Assembly (NCBI GenBank): GCA_017964255.1
Contig: JAGCSI010000034.1
Span: forward strand, 9,992-73,991
Source: Bacteroidales bacterium
GTDB taxonomy: Bacteria; Bacteroidota; Bacteroidia; Bacteroidales; WCHB1-69
Reading direction: 5' to 3'
DNA: 64,000 nucleotides
The number at the start of each line of letters is the position of its first letter. The stretch's first letter is position 1. This document shows positions 46,401 to 54,503 of this stretch, one piece after another. The translations under genes and the position numbers were made by a program. The notes beneath the pieces are model-generated. The model was not told the origin of the DNA and made no database searches. It saw only the letters and a list, made by a program, of their open reading frames with translations.

Positions 46401-46408
46401 TATCTTTG
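46401..46408 (+). promoter_or_regulatory. Bacteroidota -7 box (TAtcTTTG) for the LytTR/methyltransferase unit
   Basis: tatctttg lies 25 nt upstream of the ATG at 46433. It overlaps the TTG used by the ORF track (46406). Confidence 0.55.
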
Positions 46409-46432
46409 CATCCCTTTAAAATATATTGTATA

Positions 46433-47290
46433 ATGAACCAGAAAATACCGGATTACTTGGCGAATTTCCGCATCAACATCCAGATGCTGCTTTTCGTTTT
46501 GGTATTTTCTATCGCATTTGTTTCCATTTATACCCCTTTCGATCTTACCACTTGGTACCAGTCCAATGATGATGTGATGAAAATGGTTTATGCTTCCATC
46601 ACTGTTTTGGGCTGTGTGTCCATTTTGGTGCTGAGTCGCTTGATCTTGTGGGCGGTATGCCGCAGAGAGCGTATTTCCATTTTGCAATATGTGCTGTGGA
46701 TCGCTTCGGAAATCATCTTGATTGTGTTTATTTATTCGGTTTTCAATAAATTTGCGTTGCATGATGACCGTCCTTTCGAGGATATTTTCAAAAGAGCGCT
46801 GATATTTGTGCCGTCTATCCTTTTTATCCCTTATTTGGTGTCCTATTTGTATTATTCTTTGAAAGAAAAGAACAATAAACTGAATAGTTTGTTGGAAAAA
46901 AAGGAGATTTGGGACAATAAACCCTATACCCATGTGGATGAAGTTTTCAATTTCTGCGATGAAAAGGGAAGACTGAAGTTGTCCATCCTGCTGGCAAATG
47001 TATATTACTTGGCGTCAGCAGATAATTATGTTAATATATATTATATGGATAATGGGCATTTGTTCCATTATATGCTTCGCAACAATTTGAAGGATTTGGA
47101 AGAGAAGTTGAGCAACAAAGGCTTCTGTCGTAGCCATCGTTCGTATATCGTTAATATGCAGAAGATTAAGATGATCAGCAAAGAGAAGGAAGGCTTGTTC
47201 ATCAATTTCGATAATGAAGAGGTGGCTCCGCTGCCGGTGTCCAAAACCTACTCTGAACAGATTGTGGACAAATTTGCCACTTCCGAATAG
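46433..47290 (+). CDS. membrane-anchored LytTR-domain DNA-binding protein
   Basis: 285 aa. About four N-terminal TM helices and a C-terminal LytTR-type domain (YLASADNYVNIYY...CRSHRSYIVNMQKI). Confidence 0.75.
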   Translation: MNQKIPDYLANFRINIQMLLFVLVFSIAFVSIYTPFDLTTWYQSNDDVMKMVYASITVLGCVSILVLSRLILWAVCRRERISILQYVLWIASEIILIVFIYSVFNKFALHDDRPFEDIFKRALIFVPSILFIPYLVSYLYYSLKEKNNKLNSLLEKKEIWDNKPYTHVDEVFNFCDEKGRLKLSILLANVYYLASADNYVNIYYMDNGHLFHYMLRNNLKDLEEKLSNKGFCRSHRSYIVNMQKIKMISKEKEGLFINFDNEEVAPLPVSKTYSEQIVDKFATSE

Positions 47291-47307
47291 CTTTTCTTGC
47301 ACTCATT

Positions 47308-48231
47308 ATGAAAGAAAGGGCTCCCCGCAACAAGACTTTAACCCTGACGGAGGAGGAGAGAAAATCTCTTCAGTCTCGTTTGTTGTCTGCCCATCAGATC
47401 AAGAGCAATACTAACTTGACTAACAAGACGATACATGGTGATGCTTTGTCGTTGTTGTCGCAGCTTCCGGCACAAATGGCCGACTTGATCATCGTGGATC
47501 CACCCTATAATCTGTCAAAGAACTTCAATGGTTTTCAGTTCAAGGCTACTTCCGAATCCCAGTATCTGGAGTACCTCCGCTCATGGTTTCCAAAGTTGTG
47601 CAAGTTGTTGAAACCCAATGGGTCCTTGTATCTTTGTGGTGATTGGAAATCCACTTCAGCCTTGCAACAGGTGATGGAGGAGAATCTGACGGTGATGAAC
47701 CGCATCACCTGGCAGCGAGAGAAGGGCAGAGGAGCTTACAAAAATTGGAAGAACGGCATGGAGGACATCTGGTACGGAGTCATAGATAAGAACAACTATT
47801 ACTTTGACTTAGAATCAGTTAAACAGAAAAGAAGGGTGTTAGCCCCTTATCGTGAGAAAGGTGTGCCGAAAGATTGGGAAGAAGGTGAGGAGGGTAAATT
47901 CCGTCTTACTTGCCCGTCAAATTTCTGGGACGACATTACCGTTCCGTACTGGTCGATGCCGGAAAATACTGATCATCCGACACAAAAGCCCGAGAAGCTT
48001 GTTGCCAAACTGATTCTTGCCTCCTGCCCTCCCGATGGTTTGGTCTTCGATCCGTTCCTCGGTTCCGGTACCACCTCCGTGGTCGCCAAGAAGCTAGGAC
48101 GCCAATACCTCGGCATTGAAATGAATGAGGAATATTGCCTTTGGGCGGAAAAACGTTTGATGCTGGCCGATGAAAATCCACGTATCCAAGGGTATGAAAA
48201 TGGGGTGTTCAAAGAGCGAAATATGCACTGA
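47308..48231 (+). CDS. site-specific DNA methyltransferase, beta class (N6-adenine or N4-cytosine), orphan
   Basis: 307 aa. Motif IV IIVDPPYN precedes motif I FDPFLGSGTT, the beta permutation. It starts 17 nt after the LytTR stop, and no restriction endonuclease is adjacent. Confidence 0.85.
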   Translation: MKERAPRNKTLTLTEEERKSLQSRLLSAHQIKSNTNLTNKTIHGDALSLLSQLPAQMADLIIVDPPYNLSKNFNGFQFKATSESQYLEYLRSWFPKLCKLLKPNGSLYLCGDWKSTSALQQVMEENLTVMNRITWQREKGRGAYKNWKNGMEDIWYGVIDKNNYYFDLESVKQKRRVLAPYREKGVPKDWEEGEEGKFRLTCPSNFWDDITVPYWSMPENTDHPTQKPEKLVAKLILASCPPDGLVFDPFLGSGTTSVVAKKLGRQYLGIEMNEEYCLWAEKRLMLADENPRIQGYENGVFKERNMH

Positions 48232-48505
48232 TATTTTTTTGATTTTTCATGCCATTTTTTGCATAAAAATGACGATTATATTCACCTTTTTCTTAATTCT
48301 CTAATAATCAAAGAAAAAAAATATCAACGTCATTTTGTTCATAATAAATATGAATTTTAACATTCTATTCGCTCCAACTTTTTTATTTTAGCAAAAGAGT
48401 TTTAGAGAGATTTTTGTAAAGCTAATCATCGTTCTATCAATGAGTTATTGAATTTGCCATTGACGGGCTTTGTATAGTTTTATGAAAAAGAGGTGAAGGG
48501 GGATG

Positions 48506-48513
48506 TAAATTTG
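48506..48513 (+). promoter_or_regulatory. Bacteroidota -7 box (TAaaTTTG) for the RNR gene
   Basis: taaatttg lies 21 nt upstream of the ATG at 48534. Confidence 0.5.
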
Positions 48514-48533
48514 GAAAAAATACAAGCATTTCT

Positions 48534-51272
48534 ATGGATAAAGATTTATCACTATTTGACAATTTGAAAATTTCGGAGTCCTTGGAAGAGGTGGATGTCC
48601 AGAAAAAAGACAACCAGCAGGCGCTGATAGAGAGCCGCGCGAATGGTTTGGAGAAAATGCAGTTCGATGACCTGGAAGAGCTGGTCATGGGAAGTGCGCA
48701 AGAGGAAATCAAAGCAGTGGAGGAAGTGGAGAAGGAGCCGATGAAAACGTATAAGAAAGAGGATATTTTCCAAGAGGTGGTGGAATATTTCCATGGCGAC
48801 GAACTGGCAGCAGGCGTGTGGATCGACAAATATGCGCTGAAAAATGATGAAGGTCAGTTGATGGAACGCAATCCTGACGAGATGCACCATCGTATGGCCC
48901 GCGAGTTTGCCCGTATCGAGAAGAAATATGCCAACCCGATGAGCGAGGAGCTGATTTATTCCTTGTTCAAGAATTTCAAATATGTTATTCCTCAGGGAAG
49001 CCCGATGGCCGGTATTGGTAACAATTTTCAGATTTCGTCTTTGTCCAATTGCTTCGTTATTGGTAACGATGCCCGCTCCGACTCTTATGGTGGTATCATG
49101 AAAATGGACGAGGAACAGGTACAACTGATGAAACGTCGTGGTGGTGTGGGTCATGACCTTTCCCATATCCGTCCCACGGGTAGCAAAGTGCAGAACTGTG
49201 CTATTTCCTCTACCGGCGTGGTGCCTTTCATGGAAAGATATTCCAATTCCACCCGTGAGGTGGCCCAGGATGGCCGCCGTGGTGCTTTGATGTTGTCTAT
49301 CTCTATCAAACATCCCGATGCCGAACGTTTCATAGATGCCAAGATGACCGAGGGCCGAATCACCGGTGCCAACGTGTCCGTGCGTATTGACGATGAGTTC
49401 ATGGAATGCGTGAGAACCGGCAAGCCCTACGTGCAACAGTATCCTATCGATTCTCCCAATCCGAAATTCAGACAGGAAATAGATGCTTCCAAGTTGTGGC
49501 AGAAAATCACCCACAATGCCTGGAAGTCCGCAGAACCAGGTGTGTTGTTCTGGGACACCATCCACAGAGAAGCTATTCCCGACTGCTATGCTGATGAAGG
49601 TTTCTTGACGGTTTCTACCAACCCCTGCGGCGAGATTCCCTTGTGCCCATACGACAGTTGCCGTTTGATTGCCATGAACTTGTACAGCTATGTGGACAAT
49701 CCGTTCACGGAACAGGCCAGCTTCAATATGCCGCTGTTCCGTCAGCATGTGCAGTACGCCCAGCGTCTGATGGATGACATCATCGACTTGGAATTGGAGA
49801 AAATCGAGAAGATTATTGACAAAATCAAGAAAGACCCTGAAACGGATGATATCAAACGTGTGGAACTGGAACTGTGGAACAAAATCAAGAAACAATCCTT
49901 GAAGGGTCGTCGTACCGGTTTGGGTATCACCGCCGAAGGCGATATGCTGGCCGCTCTGAATATCCAGTACGGTTCCGACCACGGCAACGCTTTCTCAACC
50001 GAAGTACACAAACAATTGGCTCTGGCCGCTTATCGTTCCTCCGTTACCATGGCACGCGAAAGAGGCGCTTTCCCGGTGTATAGCTGCATCAAAGAAAGCC
50101 GCAATCCGTTCGTGCTGCGTTTGAAAGCCGCCGACGAAAAGCTGTATGAAGACATGATTCGCTACGGTCGTAGAAATATTGCCTTGCTGACTATCGCTCC
50201 TACAGGTAGTGTGAGTATTTGTACGCAAACCACTTCCGGTATCGAGCCCGTCTTCAATGTGGTGTATATGAGAAGAAGAAAAGTGAATCCCAACGATATG
50301 AACCGTCGCAAGACCGTGCGTGATACTGTGGGTGATCTTTTCGAGGAATATATGGTCTTCCATCCTAAATTCATCGACTGGGCCGCTGTCCAGGGCATCA
50401 GCAAGGAAGAACTGGAAGCTATGGATAAAGACGAGATCTTGGCTTTGGTGGAGAAATCTCCTTACTACAAGTCCATGGCTGCTGATACCGATTATATCAA
50501 GAAAGTGGAATTGCAGGGTATGGTGCAGAAATGGGTGGACCACTCCATTTCTGTTACCGTGAATTTGCCTGCCGACACTACTGAGGAAACCGTGGCCGGC
50601 TTGTATGTCAAAGCTTGGGAAGTGGGTTGCAAGGGCATGACCGTTTATCGTGAGGGTTCTCGCGACGGTGTGTTGAATACCATCACCAAAAAAGAAGAGG
50701 AGAAACCTGCCGAACAACCCAAGAATTACAAACGTCCCACCTCTCTGCCAGCAGAAATTGTGAGATTCAAAAACAATTGCGAGGACTGGATTGCTTTTGT
50801 GGGTCTGCGTGACGGTCGTCCGTACGAGATTTTCACCGGTAAGACCGAAAGCGACCGCTTCGTTATTCCGAAATGGGTGGAGTCAGGTTTCATCATCAAG
50901 AATCGCCACGAGGATGGTACAAAGACCTACGATTTCCAATATTATGACAAAGACGGTTATGAAGTGCTGATGAAAGGCTTGTCCCGTACATTCAATCCTG
51001 AATTCTGGAACTATGCCAAGATGATTTCCGCTTTGCTGAGACACGAAATCCCGATGGAAAGCATCATCAACATCATTTCCGGTCTGAATTTCCGCGAGGA
51101 ATCCATCAACTCATGGAAGAATGGTGTGATTCGCGCCCTGAAGAAATTCCTCCGCGATGGTACAAAAGCCAAGGGTGCTGTCTGCCCGAAATGCGGTCAG
51201 GAGAATACCATGGAGTACAAGGAGGGCTGTCTGTGCTGCTCTAACTGCGGCTACTCCAAATGTGGTTCGTAA
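48534..51272 (+). CDS. nrdJ: adenosylcobalamin-dependent (class II) ribonucleotide reductase
   Basis: 912 aa. Active-site block TNPCGEIPL and a C-terminal CxxC...CxxC zinc ribbon (CPKCG...CSNCG). About 70 aa of acidic N-terminal extension. Confidence 0.9.
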   Translation: MDKDLSLFDNLKISESLEEVDVQKKDNQQALIESRANGLEKMQFDDLEELVMGSAQEEIKAVEEVEKEPMKTYKKEDIFQEVVEYFHGDELAAGVWIDKYALKNDEGQLMERNPDEMHHRMAREFARIEKKYANPMSEELIYSLFKNFKYVIPQGSPMAGIGNNFQISSLSNCFVIGNDARSDSYGGIMKMDEEQVQLMKRRGGVGHDLSHIRPTGSKVQNCAISSTGVVPFMERYSNSTREVAQDGRRGALMLSISIKHPDAERFIDAKMTEGRITGANVSVRIDDEFMECVRTGKPYVQQYPIDSPNPKFRQEIDASKLWQKITHNAWKSAEPGVLFWDTIHREAIPDCYADEGFLTVSTNPCGEIPLCPYDSCRLIAMNLYSYVDNPFTEQASFNMPLFRQHVQYAQRLMDDIIDLELEKIEKIIDKIKKDPETDDIKRVELELWNKIKKQSLKGRRTGLGITAEGDMLAALNIQYGSDHGNAFSTEVHKQLALAAYRSSVTMARERGAFPVYSCIKESRNPFVLRLKAADEKLYEDMIRYGRRNIALLTIAPTGSVSICTQTTSGIEPVFNVVYMRRRKVNPNDMNRRKTVRDTVGDLFEEYMVFHPKFIDWAAVQGISKEELEAMDKDEILALVEKSPYYKSMAADTDYIKKVELQGMVQKWVDHSISVTVNLPADTTEETVAGLYVKAWEVGCKGMTVYREGSRDGVLNTITKKEEEKPAEQPKNYKRPTSLPAEIVRFKNNCEDWIAFVGLRDGRPYEIFTGKTESDRFVIPKWVESGFIIKNRHEDGTKTYDFQYYDKDGYEVLMKGLSRTFNPEFWNYAKMISALLRHEIPMESIINIISGLNFREESINSWKNGVIRALKKFLRDGTKAKGAVCPKCGQENTMEYKEGCLCCSNCGYSKCGS

Positions 51273-51376
51273 TCTTTTTTAATGGGGTTAATAAATTGAA
51301 AAAAAGGGTGGTCGGCAACGAACTGCCCTTTTTTGTATGCAGGTCGGCGAATATTTTGTAATTTTGTAGCCGAATT

Positions 51377-52696
51377 ATGGTAGAACAGTTTCGACAACAT
51401 ATTGAACAATTGGTGCCTTTTGCGCAGGAGAAAAAATATCTGCTGACGGTGAGTGGTGGTGCCGATTCCTCGGTGATGGCCTGGCTTTTTCATCACTGCG
51501 GATTTGACTTTGCCATAGCACATTGCAATTTTCATTTGCGGGGCGAGGAGTCGGATAAGGATATGCTGCTGGTGCGCGAAATGGCTAAGAATTACGGTGT
51601 ACGATACTTTGAGCAGGAGTTTGACACGCTGGACTACCAGAAACAGCATGGCTTGTCGCTGGAAATGGCCGCACGGGAACTGCGTTATCATTGGTTTGCG
51701 AAAATTTCCGCTGATTTTGATTACGTGGTAACTGCCCATAATGCCAATGACAATGCTGAAACATTCCTTCTGAATATGACACGGGGGACAGGTTTGAAGG
51801 GTCTGACGGCCATTCCGGAAAAGACCACCACATTGCTCCGCCCGTTATTGCATTTCTCTTCGGCCCAAATCAGGCGTTTTGCCGCCGAAAAAGGCATTGC
51901 GTATAGAAATGATGCTTCTAATGACTCCGAGGCCTTCCAACGCAATAAAATCAGGCTTTCTGTGATGCCTAAACTGGAAGAGATGAATCCGGAACTGATT
52001 CCTGTTTTTTCACGCAATATCGATTTGCTTAAACGCCAGTATTTTTTTTACCAACGACGGATGGATGAACTTAAGTCTACGTTGGTTGACGAAGAGGGGG
52101 AAATGTTGCGTATTTCGACAGAAAAATTGTGCAAGTGTGAAGATCCGGCGCTGGTTTTATTCGAAATTCTGAAAGATTACGGTTTTAACGCTTCTGGGGT
52201 GGAGCAGATTCTGGATTCATTGGAAAAATCCTCTGGCAAACTTTTCTATTCGACCGATTATCAATTGGTAAAAGATAGAAAATATATGATTGTCAGTCCT
52301 GTAGAGACTTCTCAGCAAAAAGATAAAAAGATTGAAAAGATAGAGGATTTGGAGGTTCTGGGATTCACAGTGGAGAAGTTTCCGATCAGCGTTTCCCCTG
52401 ATTATACTCCGAATTCCAGTGTTTTGTATGTGGATGCGAAGAAGTTGGTCTTCCCGCTGATTCTGCGTCATTGGCAAGAAGGCGACCGTTTTTATCCTTT
52501 TGGTATGCGAGGCAGTAAGAAACTGAGTGATTTTTTTATTGATCAGAAAATCAATTTGTTAGAAAAACAAAATGTACCTGTTTTATGTTCTGGCGATAAA
52601 ATTGTTTGGCTGGTGGGATTACGCAGCGATGACAGATTCAAGATAGATCATCAAACCGAAAATTATTATAAAATTCAATATCATGGATCCATTTAA
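51377..52696 (+). CDS. tilS: tRNA(Ile)-lysidine synthase
   Basis: 439 aa. PP-loop SGGADSSV and the HCNFHLRG block typical of TilS. Confidence 0.9.
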   Translation: MVEQFRQHIEQLVPFAQEKKYLLTVSGGADSSVMAWLFHHCGFDFAIAHCNFHLRGEESDKDMLLVREMAKNYGVRYFEQEFDTLDYQKQHGLSLEMAARELRYHWFAKISADFDYVVTAHNANDNAETFLLNMTRGTGLKGLTAIPEKTTTLLRPLLHFSSAQIRRFAAEKGIAYRNDASNDSEAFQRNKIRLSVMPKLEEMNPELIPVFSRNIDLLKRQYFFYQRRMDELKSTLVDEEGEMLRISTEKLCKCEDPALVLFEILKDYGFNASGVEQILDSLEKSSGKLFYSTDYQLVKDRKYMIVSPVETSQQKDKKIEKIEDLEVLGFTVEKFPISVSPDYTPNSSVLYVDAKKLVFPLILRHWQEGDRFYPFGMRGSKKLSDFFIDQKINLLEKQNVPVLCSGDKIVWLVGLRSDDRFKIDHQTENYYKIQYHGSI

Positions 52697-53195
52697 CGAA
52701 AACAAACCGAAACGCTCACCTTGGCTGGTGGTGCTGGCAGTATTAACCTTCATTTTCTCGGGTTTTTCCTTCCTGGGATATTTTACGCTTTCTTTTACTT
52801 CCGGGGTGATGCCATCGGTGATAGAGATGTATGAGAACGCGGGAATGCCGAGCGAGATGATTGAGGCTATGCAAAAATTGGCGGAAGTGCCGTCGTGGCA
52901 GTATCTCTTGCTGTCTTTAGGTTATGCCTTGGCAGTGGTGGGTGCCGCTTTGATGCTGAAACTTAATAAAGTCGGTTTTCATTTGTATGTCATCGCCCAA
53001 ATCTGGCTGTTTGTAATGTGCAATCTGGTCATTAAAGGCGCTTTGACCATGAATTGGATGAGTATTTTCACCACCGTGCTGATTATTGCCTGTTATGGTT
53101 TGCTGATGCGTGAGGCTTTGATGAACAAAAATGACGGGAACCAGTTCTCGGATTATGAGGAAGTGAATGATCAAGACGATGATGACGATGAATAG
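52683..53195 (+). CDS. small membrane protein with acidic C-terminal tail
   Basis: 170 aa. Four hydrophobic segments; tail ends DQDDDDDE. It overlaps tilS by 14 nt and sufS by 8 nt, which suggests translational coupling. Confidence 0.55.
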   Translation: MDPFNENKPKRSPWLVVLAVLTFIFSGFSFLGYFTLSFTSGVMPSVIEMYENAGMPSEMIEAMQKLAEVPSWQYLLLSLGYALAVVGAALMLKLNKVGFHLYVIAQIWLFVMCNLVIKGALTMNWMSIFTTVLIIACYGLLMREALMNKNDGNQFSDYEEVNDQDDDDDE

Positions 53196-54390
53196 AGAGG
53201 ATTTTAAGATTTTGGATCAGAAGATATATGGCAGACCATTGGTATATCTTGATAATGCTGCCACCACGCAGAAACCGCAGGTGGTGATTGACACATTGAA
53301 GGCGTATTATGAGACCATCAATAGCAATATCCACCGTGGGGTGCATTATCTGAGCCAGCGGGCTACCGACGAGTTTGAGGCTGCCCGTGAGGCGGTACGA
53401 CGCTTTATCAACGCCCGTCATGCCTATGAGATTATTTTCACCCGTGGAGCTACGGATTCTATGAATCTGGTAGCGGCTTCTTTTGGACGTACTTTTTTGC
53501 ATGAAGGCGATGAAATCATTGTCAGCGAGATGGAGCATCATGCCAATATTGTACCGTGGCAGTTTCTTTGCAAAGACCGTGGTTGTGTGCTGAAAGTGCT
53601 TCCTTTCAACGAAAAGGGAGAGTTGTGCATAGAGCAGCTGGATCAACTGATTACTCCCAAAACCAAGATAGTGGCGGTGACGCATGTGTCCAATTCTTTG
53701 GGAACGGTCAATCCGGTGAAGGAAATTATTGAAATAGCCCATGAAAAGGGTGTTCCTGTGCTGCTGGACGGTGCTCAGGCAGTCTCCCACTGCAAAGTGG
53801 ATGTCCAGGCCTTGGATTGCGAGTTTTACTGCTTCTCGGGGCACAAGATGTATGCGCCGATGGGTATCGGGGTGATGTATGGCAAGGAGGAATGGTTGAA
53901 CAAGATGAAACCCTACCAGGGTGGGGGTGAGATGATCAAGCAGGTGACTTTTGCCAAAACCACTTATAACGATTTGCCTTTTAAATTCGAGGCCGGTACT
54001 CCCAGTGTGGGCGATGCCATGGGCTTGAAGGCTGCAGTGGAATATATGGAGAGTATTGGTATTGAGAATATTGCCGCCTATGAGAAGGAGTTGCTTGATT
54101 ATGCGGAGGAGCGTTTGTCAAGTATTGAAGGACTTCGTATCTATGGTCAGGCAGCACAGAAAGCGGCTATCGTTTCTTTCAATATAGATAAAATCCACCC
54201 CTCTGATATCGGGGCTATTATTGACAAATTGGGTGTGGCGGTGCGTACAGGCCATCATTGCACCCAGCCTATCATGGATCATTTCGGAATTCCCGGAACG
54301 GTCCGGGCTTCGTTTGCCTTATACAATGACAAAAAAGAAATAGACGACCTCTATGAGGCCGTCTATAGGGCAAAAAACATGTTGTTGTAA
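53188..54390 (+). CDS. sufS: cysteine desulfurase, SufS family (start ambiguous: 53167-53188)
   Basis: LVYLDNAATTQKP, PLP-lysine block SGHKMYAPMGIG, and catalytic Cys loop RTGHHCTQP. Confidence 0.9.
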   Translation: MNREDFKILDQKIYGRPLVYLDNAATTQKPQVVIDTLKAYYETINSNIHRGVHYLSQRATDEFEAAREAVRRFINARHAYEIIFTRGATDSMNLVAASFGRTFLHEGDEIIVSEMEHHANIVPWQFLCKDRGCVLKVLPFNEKGELCIEQLDQLITPKTKIVAVTHVSNSLGTVNPVKEIIEIAHEKGVPVLLDGAQAVSHCKVDVQALDCEFYCFSGHKMYAPMGIGVMYGKEEWLNKMKPYQGGGEMIKQVTFAKTTYNDLPFKFEAGTPSVGDAMGLKAAVEYMESIGIENIAAYEKELLDYAEERLSSIEGLRIYGQAAQKAAIVSFNIDKIHPSDIGAIIDKLGVAVRTGHHCTQPIMDHFGIPGTVRASFALYNDKKEIDDLYEAVYRAKNMLL

Positions 54391-54394
54391 AAAA

Positions 54395-54426
54395 ATATAG
54401 AGATGCAAAACATTGCATCTCTATAT
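54395..54426 (-). terminator. 14-bp perfect hairpin; T-run only on the minus strand (terminator for the protease gene)
   Basis: atatagagatgcaa aaca ttgcatctctatat, preceded on the plus strand by A5, which reads as a T-run after the hairpin for minus-strand transcripts. Confidence 0.6.
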
Positions 54427-54466
54427 TAGGGGATAATATTCTTGAATTTTGAATTCTGAATTATAT

Positions 54467-54500
54467 GTAGAGACGTTTCATGAAACGTCTCTACTTTTTT
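54467..54500 (+). terminator. family-B 28-bp perfect palindrome followed by T6 (terminator-like for sufS)
   Basis: gtagagacgtttcatgaaacgtctctac followed by tttttt. This is copy 4 of the palindrome family. Confidence 0.55.
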
Positions 54501-54503
54501 ATA

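Noticed and set aside
47308-48231. Type II restriction-modification system
   Set aside because: Only the methyltransferase is present. The flanking genes are a LytTR regulator and nrdJ, and no endonuclease-like ORF exists on either strand within several kb.
48552-49982. 476-aa ORF on the minus strand
   Set aside because: It is entirely antisense to the well-supported nrdJ gene. Composition is His/Gly/Val/Phe-rich and low-complexity with no motifs. This is the usual stop-poor antisense frame of a codon-biased gene. The same applies to 49995..50717.
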